DNA from: Azolla caroliniana
Taxonomy: Eukaryota; Plantae; Polypodiophyta
Assembly (NCBI GenBank): GCA_043228905.1
Contig: JBHGNT010000010.1
Coordinates: 11,160,001 to 11,224,000, forward strand
Length of the DNA: 64,000 nucleotides
Direction: 5' to 3'
The translations under genes and the position numbers were made by a program. A model generated the notes under the pieces. The model saw only the letters and a program-made list of their open reading frames with translations. It was not told where the DNA came from and did no database searches. Below are positions 33,629-46,300 of the stretch, piece after piece (position 1 is the first letter of the stretch; each line of letters opens with the position of its first letter).

Positions 33629-36600
33629 GCGTGTATCCCTTCGCCACTAACCGGGCCTTGTACCAATTAACCGAACCATCGGCGTTGTACTTTACCTTGT
33701 ACATCCACTTACATCCGATCGGTTTACAGTGTCAGGGATGGTCAACTAGGTCCCATGTGTCATTGGCATCGAGTGCCCACATTTCTTCCTTCATAGCGGC
33801 ACGCCAATTTGCGTCCTTTGCTGCTTCTGCGTAGCTCTCCGGCTCACGCGCTTCCGCCACCTTGGTCATGTATGCATAGTAATGCGCCATGTACTCATTG
33901 TACCCGTACCGCTTCACGGGGTTCTTCTGGCGGGAAGACCGGCGTAGCTTATCGTTACCCGATTTGAGGCCCTTCTTGGGCAGTTTGAGGCCCTTCTTGG
34001 CCAGTTCAGCCTTAGTTCCCGAAGATCCATCTTCTTCCTTACTGGAGTCGGATTCGCTCCGATCTGACTCAACGTTGCCGGTTTCGTATTCCAGCATTTT
34101 CTTCTTCCCCTTCTCTTTGCGCGTGAACCGTCTCCTCGGTTCCTTGCGCAGGGAGAGCACGGCAAAGTCTCCATTACTCGCTGATTCCTCATCCGACTGG
34201 TCATCCCGACTCAGACGCTCATTCAGTCCACTTAACCGAGATAAGATCGGACTCTCTTCTAGAGTGTCGAGGTCTTCATCTTCTATCTGGACCGGTTCAA
34301 GCTCACTAGCCTCATCCTCTAGTATCGGGTCGGGGTCGGAAATCGGAGCTGATAAGGCATACCATGATGCCATCTCATCAAACTCAACATCCCGGCGAAC
34401 TCGGACCTGCTTCGTCCGGGGGTTATAACACTTATACCCCTTTTGCTCATGCGAGTAACCGACCAGGATGCATTTCTCTAACTTTGCATCGAACTTCCTC
34501 CGCTTCTTATCCGGCACATGCACATATGCAATGCTACCGAATATACGAAGGTGTCTCAAATTCGACTTGCATCCGAAATACAGCTCATGCACCGATCCGG
34601 TTTTGGATATAGACAGTTGTCTGGACCGCCTCGGCCTAGTAGAAATGGGGCATGCTCTTCTCCTCCAACATTTCCCTTGCTGCGTCGACAATCGACCGGT
34701 TCTTCCTTTCGGCCACACTGTTTTGCTCTGGTGTGTATCTGCAACTAAACTCTCTCCAAATTCCTTTTTGTTGCAGATAACTATTGAATTGGCCGGAAAA
34801 ATACTCTTTTCCGCCATCCGACCACAGGCACTTGATCTTCCTCTCCGTTTCCCGTTCAACCAGGCTTTGCAGGTTTCGGAAACACTCGAAGACTTCGTTC
34901 TTCCGCTCAATGAGGTAGATCCATGTGTGCTGGCTGTAGTCATCAATGAAGGAGACGAAATACCAACTCCCGCCAAGACTAACATTTTGTGTCGGTCCCC
35001 ATACATCCAAATGAATAAGGTCAAGCTTGTTATGGCTAAGGTTCCTTTCGGTGGGGAATGGAAGTCGGTGTTGCTTCCCGAGTTGGCAGGCTTCACATAT
35101 TTGGGCCTTCCGGCCACTGAACTTTGGCAAATCGAAAACAACTTGTTTCGTTTGCAGGTCTTGAAGCCGCCGGTAATTGACGTGGCCAATCCGCTTGTGC
35201 CAAAGATCAATATCCGATTCAATCTTCTGTTCTTTGGCGAACAAAGTGGTGCCAACGTCATTGGTGTCGAGGATGAACATCCTCCTTTCTCTGCGCCCTT
35301 GCGCAATAATCTGGCCCTCTTCCTCGATGAAGCACCCAAGGTGCGTAAACCGCACCTGCATCCCCTAGTCAACGATCTGACCGACTTATACCAGGTTCTT
35401 CGTGATAGTCGGAACATGTAATACGTTCAGCAGCTTCCCCCTCTATCCGACGTGGCTCAAAGGGACTTCTTCGATATGCACGATTGGGTGAGGAGTGTCG
35501 TCTCCGGTTTCGACGACTCCCGGTTGTTCCGGTTTCTCCAAAAAGGAGAACGACTCTTTGTGGCTCATCATGTGATTCGACGCACCGGAATCAACGTACC
35601 ACACTTCCTCCAATTCGGAAGTGGTCTTCTTCATCAAGTTAGCCTTGTGTTTCAACATCAAGGCTGGCCCTTTACCGGCTTTTCCGGTTTTGGATCCTCC
35701 CGATCCTTCTGCATAGTGCGAGTATTGCCGATTCTCTCTACCGGCTTTGCCGGATCCGGATCTGTCCGAATCGGCACGTTTCTTCCAGCACTCGCTTTCT
35801 CTATGGCCCTTTTTACCACAATACCAACATTCCGTGTCAGCCTTTGCTTGCCAGCCTTCGGCGCCGCCTTGACTCCCCCTGCTTGTGGAGGGTTCGGAAT
35901 TGTTGTCGGCACGTTCTCTGTGCCTTCGGTCCTACTCTTGCCGGCCGCTACCGTTGTGAGCTGACCCACCTCATCCACTATGCCCACGGGGCCGATCCGC
36001 CTCCGTGTATAGCATCCGGTTGTCGGTGGGTGCACTTGTTGACGCACCAGCGTGGTTCTCCTCCACAAGGAGCATCGACTGTAAGTCGAAAAATGATGGT
36101 GTATTCTCCCTTGTACACACAACAATTCGGAATGCTCCGAACTTTGACACCAAACCTCCGAGACAGATTTGCACCATATCGTCTTCTTCGATATTCACAT
36201 CGATGGAGGCCAGAGAGTCACAAATGTCCTTGATTTTGGAGGTGTAGTCTGCCACCCACAAGTCGCGTTGTCGTAGGTTTCTCAGCTCTTGTCGGAGTTG
36301 AAGTTTCCTGGTTGTAGTGCTTGCAACGAAAATCTTCTTCAGATTTTCCCAAGCATCTTTCGGCGTTTTTGCATCCCGAATGTAGCTTAGGAGTTGTTCA
36401 CCCACACAAGATGCGAAGCAGTAAAGTACTCTGCTCGCCGACTGTTCCCACACCGGGAAATCTCTGTGTGTTGATTCGGGTGTTGTGTCATTTGCTCCGT
36501 CGATATAGCTCCAGTAACCGTGCCCGAGTAGGTACTGGTGCATCTTGTAGGACCAAGACGCGTAGTTGTTTCTGTCGAGCTTCTCGGTAGGAAGCGAGCT

Positions 36601-36702
36601 AGCCATGCCTCTATCCATTTTGTTTTTCTTGTTCTTCTTGGTTGGTTTCCTTTTCAAGCTATTACGGTTGCAGAGGTTCTCAACCCTCGCGCTCTGATAC
36701 CA

Positions 36703-37119
36703 TGTAAAGAATAGCGTGCGGAAGCAATAGAAAACCGAACACAGAAAATACGCAGGTTTAATGGAGAGCTTGAATATACACAGTACGCGGGAGAGACAAA
36801 GAGAGAGAGACAAAGAGAGCACACAAAACTCAATTCAAAAATAATACTCAATCTGTACATCGTATGTGTTCAGTGAACACTTTTATACAAGTCCATACAG
36901 ACTGACAGAAGTACGGTGTACTTCAATGCTCAAACAAGCGTCTGACACTAATTATGAGACATTAACTTCCTAGTAGTCTAGGCTGCTACTAGGCTTCCGG
37001 GTACTGATGGATCCGGCTAACCGGCTCCCCAGCTCACCGGCTCACTTGCTCACTTGCTCACCGATCTGGCTCATCCTTCTAGATGCCGATCCGGATCCAG
37101 TTGAGCTTGCCGCTCAACA
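36703..37119 (-). repeat. 5' LTR of copia B2
   Basis: Reverse complement is TGTTGAGCGGCAAGCTCAAC...CTTTACA; repeat of 28569-28935. Confidence 0.9.
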
Positions 37120-37385
37120 ATACTACTAAGTTGTAAAATAAGGATACTTTTCAAGGCTTTGAACCATATATATAAGACTTACACCATAATTAGTACAAAC
37201 ATTTCAAGACAGTACTGGTGCATGTAGTAGGAGAATTACTAATTGTATTTTATACAAACATTTTTTATGATTGTTCATATAATATTCGTACTGGTGGGAA
37301 ACTCAAGCAATAGATGATGTACTATGACGTATTACCAAAATAGACTTCCAGTTATAAGTACCAATCATATGGATTATTTCCTTAC

Positions 37386-38332
37386 CTTGCAATGAAGTAG
37401 AAGGACTGAGCCGCCTTAAATTGCGAGGTAGCACCATCAGACCAGACCCAATGGCGATAAAAGTTAACACCCAAGGACAATAAATCTGCGTGGTGAAGCT
37501 TAAAACAATGTTGAACAAATAGCGTATCATGCTTTTTATCATCTGAAATATTGAATATTGATTTCTTATGTAACTCACCATCTTTTCTCCAGTAGCAAAT
37601 ATATACAAATATTGTACATTGGTCATTGTACCAATGCATTGACTGAACCTCATTTTGAACTTTAAAGGTATAGTTCTCTGCAAAGTCAATAACAAATACC
37701 ATAACATCCGGTGGTAAGTTATTTATACATTCCTTGAACTGTGAATTTTGCCAATAACTCCTAAAGTTATGTGGAATGAACTCCCTGAGTTCCTTCTTAA
37801 ACTTTGAGACAAGGGTAGCAGCACATGTCTCCTTATATACTTCCTTGATATGCTTGCTAACGAGACCCTTACCTATATTTTCTGTCACATACTCTAAATA
37901 TTTCCATTTCACAATATGACAGTTATCCACATCAACCTCCTGTCTACAAAATAACGGTTGTGGGCAAACCTTACATGTTCTGACAAGACATGTACGATTA
38001 TGCCACTCAGATGATGGTTGCTTTTCACAAACAAAAGACCTCCATAAATCATAAACTGTTGCATAAGTCATGTTTCGCGCATTACATCTATTATCACTCC
38101 CATTTGGTCTACATACCTCACAAGTGCAAACACACCCATCCCGGTGTATACCCTTAGAATCAGTACGCATACTATTCATGCCAAGCCTTAACATGTCCAT
38201 TTTAATGTGGTACACACAACAACATGTGTTCCTCTCTAACTTTCTAACAAAAAATGGTTTCAAACCTTGGAACTTGCGAAATCCAAGATTGATGCTAGGA
38301 TGTTGGTCTTTGAAGTTCATGAACAATTCAGC
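37386..38332 (-). pseudogene. Sola2-like DDE transposase, catalytic exon
   Basis: Open frame with IDFAENY..QNEVQSMHW..Q.T, SDDKKHD, WSDGATSQFK; bounded by an AG acceptor (38333) and a GTAAG donor (37385). Confidence 0.75.
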
Positions 38333-38421
38333 CTACATCACTCAATAAATAGGTAACATTAATAGAAGCATTTAGTAAACAACAAAACATTTAAAACCAA
38401 ATAGATAAAAAATTGAATTAC

Positions 38422-38538
38422 CTCAGTCATCTCCAAGAAGTGTCTTGGGTGAATCTGGTACCTACCCCGACTTATACGTTGTCTACATACATCTTTTCTA
38501 TTCGATGAGACACGTGTGTTTTTTGCCCAAAAGGGACT
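38422..38538 (-). pseudogene. Sola2-like transposase, 3' part of upstream exon
   Basis: FWAKNTRVSSNRKDVCRQRI..HPRHFLEMTE, then an 89-bp GT-AG intron 38421-38333 in phase 0. Confidence 0.7.
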
Positions 38539-38937
38539 TGAAAACGTGAGTGTTTGCGGAAGCGTAAAACAGAGAACAACACAGAGACAGAGACAGAGAC
38601 AGAGAGAGCAGAACGTAATTTCAAAATTATTTTCAGACTCTGTATACACACTGTGCTAAGTAGCACTATTTATACAAGTCCTCTTGGGACTGACAGAAGT
38701 ACCATGTACTTCAATGCTCACACGAGCATCCGACACTTACTACGAGACTATAGCTACCTAGTAGTCTATCCTATACTAGGCTTCCGATTGGACTTCCGGT
38801 TACGGATTGCACCCGGCCTCCACTGCTTGCCGGTTCGGTTGCTCACCGTCATACCGATCCGTTTCGCCCGATCCGTCTCGCTTACCAGCTCCGGCTTATT
38901 CAGCCGATCCGGCTCTGGTTGAGCTTGTCGCTCAACA
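38539..38937 (-). repeat. 3' LTR of copia B3
   Basis: Direct repeat of 49502-49906. Confidence 0.95.
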
Positions 38938-41900
38938 CTCCCCCTCAAGCTCAACCTGAGGTGGGGTCGTAGTGTCAACCTCTGTGGCAGTCGGTTCTTG
39001 CAACCGACTTCTCCTGGCGTCACTCCGCCTTGCTCGCGTTCCTCGTCCGGTCCGGTCCCATTTGCCGCGACCCCTTTGGTTCTGCGCGCCTCGACCCTCT
39101 CGGTCGGCATGTCTGCTCAATATGCCCATCTCAGCACTCACGTTGATGTGACTCCGGCGCTTGCCGATTCGTCGGTTCTCCCACAATGGCATCGACTTCC
39201 GTTGTGTCCGTGTCCCCTTGGCCTTCAGTCGATCCGACTCATCCGAATCCATCTGTTGGTTCGAGTCAGCTGTCTCCGACTCGTTCCAGCTCTTGTCCGA
39301 ATTGGTACACTCCGATTCGACTTCCGGCTTCAGGCCTCTCACCACATCGGACCACATCCAAGTCTTGGCCTTCTCCATGCTTCCCTCGGCTTCTTCAACC
39401 AGTGAACCGAAATCGAATTCTTCATTCGACTCCGCATCATGGTCAGTGCCGTCGCGATGACCTCCGCACAGCATGCACTTCTCTTCCTGAGTGCACAACT
39501 CTTCTTCATAGCCGCTTGCTCCGACCTGTTCGGATGTGTCGACTTCCTTCGTCGACTCGGCTTCCTTCATCTTCTTGTCTCCTCTTCTTCCGGCTCTCCT
39601 CTTACCGACGGGTTCAACAATTTTTTGGCCTTTGCCCGTTTCGGTAGAGACTTTGCCCTTGCTTCTCCCCCTCAAGTGCGGCACGTCGAGATGCTGAATA
39701 CCAAGCATGTCGGTAAAGTGCTGCAACTTGTCCGATCCGAGCGGCTTGGTGAAGATGTCGGCAACTTGCCAATCCGTATGAACATAGCGTAGGTCAACTT
39801 CACCGCTCAGGACCCGCTCACGCACGAAGTGGTAGTGCACCTCGATGTGCTTTGTGCGAGCATGGAACACAGGGTTCTTGGCGAGCTGCAGGCTGCTCAT
39901 GTTATCGCAGTAAATCGGGATCGGGGTCGGTACCTCGATCCGCAAGTCTCGCAGCAGTCGCCGAAGCCAGATGGCTTCACAAGTGGCAACGGTAGCGGCC
40001 CGGTACTCAGCCTCAGTGCTTGACAAAGCCACTGTGGGCTGCTTCTTGCTGCTCCACGCAACGGCCGCGCTACCTATGGAGAACATGTATCCAGAAGTGG
40101 AGCGGCGAGCAGACGCATCGCCAGCCCAGTCAGCATCTGTGTAACCGACAAGTTCTTCGGGTATACCTCGACGGTATAGCAGTCCCCGGTCCTTAGTGCC
40201 GCTGACATACCGTAATATTCGTTGCACGCACTGAAGGTGCTCCACGGTCGGCTTCTGCATGAACTGACTTACCATGCCGACCGGATAGCTGATGTCGGGT
40301 CGGGTGATGGTTAAGTAGATCAGGCTTCCGACAACCTGTCGGAACCGTTTCTCATTGCAGGCCGGTCCGGAGTTAGGACGGAGCTTCTGGTTCCGGTCCA
40401 GGGGTGTGGAGACAGGTCGGCAATCCGTCATGCCGAACTTATATAGCATATTCAACACGTAATGTCGTTGTGAGAGCAATATGCCGTCGGGGGTCCGGAT
40501 CACTTCGATCCCAAGAAAATAATGAAGGTCCCCCAGGTCCTTCATTTCGAATGCGTCCGACAACTGGGACTTGACGCGGTTGATTTCGGGAAGACCCGGT
40601 CCGGTGATGACTAAATCATCCACATACAAGAGTATACATACCGGACCATCAGAGCCTTGCCGGATGAACAACGAAGAGTCAGACTTAGAGACCGCAAACC
40701 CCAGCTTACGCAAGCGGTGCGTGATCTTCGCATTCCAGGCTTGGGGGGGCTTGCTTCAAGCCGTAAAGCGACTTCTTCAGTCGGCATACCGCCGACTTGG
40801 TCATCTCCGATTGAAATCCGGGGGGCTGAGTCATAAAGACTTCTTCTTCAAGATCTCCTTGAAGGAAGGTGTTCTTCACATCCATCTGGTGAAGATGCCA
40901 CCCCCTTGCCGCAGCAACCGCCAGTACCACACGAACCGTCGTCATCTTCGCCACAGGGGCGAAGGTCTCGTCGTAGTCGATTCCGTGGGTCTACGCGTAT
41001 CCCTTCGCCACTAACCGGGCTTTGTATCGGTTAACAGAACCGTTGGCGTTGTACTTGACCTTGTACACCCACTTGCATCCGATCGGTTTACAGTGATGGG
41101 GAGGATCAACTAGGTCCCAAGTTTCGTTGGCATCGAGTGCCCGCATTTCTTCGTCCATAGCGGCATGCCAATTTGCGTCCTTTGCCGCTTCTGTGTAGCT
41201 CTCCAGCTCACGCACTTCTGTCACCTTAGTCATGTACGCATAATGATGCGCCATGTATTCATTGTACCCGTACCACATGACGGGCTCCTTCTAGCGGGTT
41301 GATCGGCGCAACGCACTGTCACCTGATTTGAGGCCCTTCTTGGCCAGTTCGGTCTTCGTTGCCGAAGATCCGCCTTTCTCCTTTCCGGAGTCGGATACGC
41401 ATCGATCCGACTCATCGTTGCCGGTTTCGAATTCCGGCATCTTCCTCTTCCCCTTCTCTTTGCGCGTGAACCGTTTCCTCGGTTCCTTGCGCGGGGAGAG
41501 CACGGCAAAGTCTCCACCACTTGCCATCTCTTCATCCGACTGGTCCAACCGACTCAGTCGCTCGTTCGGTCCACTCAACCGTAACGATTCCGGACTCTCA
41601 TCTTGAGTCCCAACTTCATCATCCTCTGCCAGGGCTGATTTAGGCTCACTGGCCTAATCTTCCGACATTGGGTCAGGATCGGAAGTCGGAGTCGATACGG
41701 AGTACCAGGATGCCGATTCATCGAACTCAACATCCCGGCTAACTCGGACTTCCTTCGTCCGGGGGTTATAGCACTTATACCCCTTTTGCTCTTGACCATA
41801 GTCGACTAGGATGCATTTTTCCGATTTTGCATCCAGCTTTCTCCGCTTCTGATCCGGCACATGCACATACGCTATGCTGCCGAATATCCGAAGGTGTCTT

Positions 41901-42635
41901 AAGTTCGGCTTGCGCCCAAAATACAGCTCATGAGCTGACACCTTGTCACCAATGTGGTTTTGTATGTAGACGGCTGTCCAGACCACCTCCACCCAGTAGA
42001 ACCAGGGCATGCTCTTCTCCTCCAGCATTGCCCTTGCCGCTTCGACGAGTGTCCGGTTCTTCCTTTCGGCCACACCGTTTTGCTCCAGTGTGTATCTGCA
42101 GCTGAACTCTCACCGAATTCCCTTCTACTGCAGATAACTAGTGAACTGGCCGGAAAAATATTCCTTTCCGCCATCCGACCGAAGGCATTTGATCTTCCTC
42201 TCTGATTCTCGTTCCACCATCTTCTGGAGGCTCCGGAAACAGTCGAAGACTTCGCTCTTCCGCTCAATGAGGTAGATCCAAGTATGTCGAGTATAGTCGT
42301 CGATGAAGGAGACGAAGTATCGGCTCCCGCCAAGGCTTACACTTTGTGCCGGTCCCCACACATCCGAATGGATGAGATCGAGCTTGTTACGGCTCCGGTT
42401 CCGTTCGGTGGGGAATGGAAGCCGGTGTTGCTTCCCAAGTTGGCAGGCTTCACAAATTTCGGCTCTCCGACCGCTAAACTTCGGCAAACTGAAAACGACT
42501 TGTTTCGTTTGCAGGTCTTGAAGCCTCCGGTAGTTGACGTGGCCTATCCGCTTGTGCCACAGGTCGATGTCCAACTCGACCTTCTGTCGTTTCACGAACA
42601 GAGCGGTGCCAAAGTCATTGGTGTTGAGGATAAAC

Positions 42636-43292
42636 TGTTGGGATATCGGTCCCTCCGGATGGGATGTCCGGAGATGAATGACGGCAAGCCCGGTTACGGT
42701 TACGGAACCGGATGAAGATACAGGCCCGGTGAGAGTGCTCACCGGATGTGAAGAGTACCCGGTATGAAGCCGGATGAAAAGACCCCGGCTACGGAGCCGG
42801 ATGACGAATGTACCCGGAGAGAGATCCGGATGCGGGACATATTTGTGAATATGTTTGCCAAGGGCCCTTAAGGCTATATTTGTAAATAGCCCGAAAGTCA
42901 TATGTGTATAAATATGACTTAGGGCAAACAGTTTGTTGTTGTTGCTCATTTTTCTGTGTATCGCCACTCTTATGTGTGCAAGAGAGTGAAGAGAGCAGCC
43001 GAGAGAGAGAGAGAGAGAGAGAGAGACGAAGAGGTCGTTGCCTCTGTGTATTACCGCCGCCTGTGGCGAAGACAATGAGCTCGAGGTCGTTGCCTTGTAG
43101 CTTCACCATTGTACATCTCTGTTTATAGTGATAGTTGGAGTTTGAGGACTCCCGTGGTTTTTCCCCATTTAGGGTTTTCCACGTAAAACATCCAGTGTAC
43201 CTTTCTCTCTATTGTCCTCGTGCACTTCGTATTTCCTGTTTTCTGTGAGTTGATCCTATTCCTCGGTTGTGGCCGAGCACTGTTTTTCAACA
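42636..43292 (+). repeat. 5' LTR (657 bp)
   Basis: TGTTGGG...TTCAACA. Confidence 0.97.
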
Positions 43293-43323
43293 AATTGGTA
43301 TCAGAGCGCGGTTAACACAGAAA

Positions 43324-46300
43324 ATGGAAGGCGGCGGTAGTGGGCCTCCGGGCATGATGGTGTTGAACTCACAGAACTACGCCGACTGGAAGATAAAGAT
43401 GGAAGACCTTCTCATCGTCCGAGACCTGTATGAACCGATCGACAATGCCGAGATACCCAAGGGGGTAATAGAGTCGGAGTGGAAGCTCCTGAACCGGAAA
43501 GCCGTAGCGACGATCCGGCAATATGTCGATGTAAGTGTTCTGCAACATGTGGCGAACGATACGAACGCCTATGAGATGTGGAAGAAGCTGTCGGGCCTCT
43601 ACGAGAGGAAGAATGCGTTGAACCGGACCTCCCTGATGAGGAAGATAGTGAACCTCAAGTACCGGGACGGCGAGAATATGGTGGAACACGTGAGCACGTT
43701 CATGGGATTCGTGAACCAGCTTGCGGCGATCAAGTTCCCGTTGGAGGATGCAATGCAAGCCATCATTCTGATGTGTACATTGCCGGAAAGCTGGGAGAAC
43801 TTGGTGGTGACTCTCAGCACCTCCTGCACCGAAGATAACTTGTCTCTACAAACGGTAAAGACAAGCATTTTGAACGAAGAAGCGCGTCGGAGAGATAAAG
43901 AACCGGTTTCCGATCCGAAGATGCTGCTTACCGAATCGGATCGGGGAAGACAATGGAACCGGAGTCCGCAAAGACGGGAGAAGTCGGGGACCCGGTCGCA
44001 GTCAAGAGGAAGACCCGCATGCTTCCACTGTGGGAAGCCGGGGCACTTCCGGAAGAATTGTCGGCATTACCGAAAGGACAACGGAGCCGACGACACCGAT
44101 TCGAAGAAGTCACCGGAGAGAAACGGTGTATACCGGGGAGCCACGGACCGGAGAGGTCCGGATCGGCGAGGGCAGGACCGGAAAGGAACGACGGCACTCG
44201 CGGCAAGTGAAGAAGAGATAATGCTCATTACCGAAGAGAGGGAGCTGAACCTTGCCGGTGAAGAGATGACCTGGGTGGTTGATTCCGGAGCGTCGTTCCA
44301 CCTGACCCCGGAGAAGAAATACTTCTCATCCTACACAGCCGGTGAGCACGGCTGTGTCCGGATGGGAAATGAAGGCACATGCCGGATTGCCGGCATAGGA
44401 GACGTGTGGCTGATGACATCAACCGGATGCAAGATGCTGCTGAAGGATGTGCGACACGTTCCGGAGGTCCGATTGAACCTGATCTCGGCCGGGAGGCTAG
44501 ATGATGAAGGCTACACGGGTAGCATCCGGAACGGCGTAATGAAGTTCAGCAATGGGAGCCTGATAGTGGCTCGGGCCCGGAAGGTCAATACACTGTACCT
44601 GATGAATTCCCGGCTATGTCCGGAGGAGCTGAACGTGGCAGCCGACGCTGCCGGTGAGCTGTGGCACAAGAGACTGTGCCACATGAGTGAGAAGGGGATG
44701 AAGAGGCTTGCAGAAGACAACCTTATTCCAGTGAAGCATGTGCACCTGGAGAAGTGCACCGACTGTCTGGCCGGTAAGCAAAACCGGACCTCCTTCCACT
44801 CAAGGCCACCGACGAGACGTAGCGCACCATTGGAGTTGGTGCACACTGACGTGTGTCAAGTAGAAACGAAGTCACATGGCGGAGCCCAGTACTTCGTGAC
44901 ATTCATTGATGACCACAGCCGGAAGCTGTGGACGGCACCGTTGAAGACAAAGGACCAAGTGTTGTGCGTCTTCAAAGAACTTCACGCGAGAGTGGAAAGG
45001 GAATCCGGCAAGAAGCTGAAAGCGATACGAGCGGATAACGGAGGGGAATACCGGGGGCAGTTCGCAGAGTACTGTCGCTCGAAGGGAATCCGGCTCGAGT
45101 TTACTGTGCCGAAGACGCCGGAACTGAACGGGCTGGCCGAGAGGATGAACCGGACCATAATGGAGAGGGTCCGGAGTATGCTAGCACATGCGAAACTACC
45201 CAAGGGATTTTGGGCTGAGGCAATGTCGACGGCGACATACGTGATAAACAGATCACCCTCAGTACCTTTGGACGGAGACACGCCGCAGAGAGTGTGGACC
45301 GGTAAGGAAGTGTCCTACCGGCATCTGAAGGTGTTCGGGTGTCTCGCATACGTGCATGTGGCAAAGGACCGGAGAGGAAAGTTAGATCCAAAGACCCGGC
45401 CATGCATATTCCTCGGATACGGCGACGACGAGTTTGGCTACCGAGTATGGGACCCGGTCGACAAGAAGATATTCAGGAGTCGAGATATCATCTTCATGGA
45501 GGACAAGACACTCGCCGACTGGGAGTCGGAGAAGAAGATGAAGAGCTCCAAGTCGACCGGTGAGGATAAACTCTACGAGGAGCAGTCCCGACCGGCAAGG
45601 GACCGGTTAGCACTCGAGGATCCGTCCGAAGACGGTGAAGAAACAGAACCAGCCGAGGAAGATGAAACTGATACCGGAACCGGCCCCGATCCCGAAATGG
45701 ATTCGGATGAAGAGGAAACGGAGCAGCCGGTTACCGAAGCTCCGGAACGGAGATACCCTCTAAGAGAGAGAAGGGCCCCCCGGAGATTTCCGGAACCAGA
45801 GCACGTGCTGCTAACCGACGAGGGGGAGCCGGAGAGGTTTGAAGAAGCAAAGCTTGACACCCATAGCCGCAGGTGGTTAAGTGCCATGCAGGAGGAGATG
45901 GATTCCCTGCATGAGAACCACACATATGAACTTGTGGAGTTGCCGAAACGAAAGCGGGCACTTCGAAACAAGTGGGTGTTCAAGCTGAAACCGGGAGATG
46001 CCGAAAACCCCCCGAGATACAAAGCCAGGATCGTGGTGAAGGGGTTCCAGCAGAAGAAGGGCGTCGACTTCGACGAGATATTTGCCCCGGTAGTGAAGAT
46101 GACCTCCATCCGGACGGTGCTGAGCATAGCGGCAAGCATGGACCTCGAGGTAGAACAGATGGACGTGAAGACGGCATTCCTTCACGGTGACCTCGAAGAA
46201 GAGATCTACATGCAGCAACCGGAAGGATTCGAGACGAAAGGGAAGGAGCACCTGGTATGTCGGTTGAAGAAGAGCCTTTACGGACTGAAGCAGGCTCCCC

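Larger units (their letters stand above)
28569..37119 (-). mobile_element. Ty1/copia B2, inserted in a transposase intron; carries three solo LTRs
   Basis: 5' LTR 36703-37119, iMet PBS 36691-36702, gag-PR-INT-RT-RH fragments, PPT 28936-28950, 3' LTR 28569-28935 missing ~78 bp of U5. Confidence 0.93.

Noticed and set aside
42125-43075. 316-aa ORF with a novel N-terminus
   Set aside because: Chance read-through from an antisense LTR into B3 integrase.
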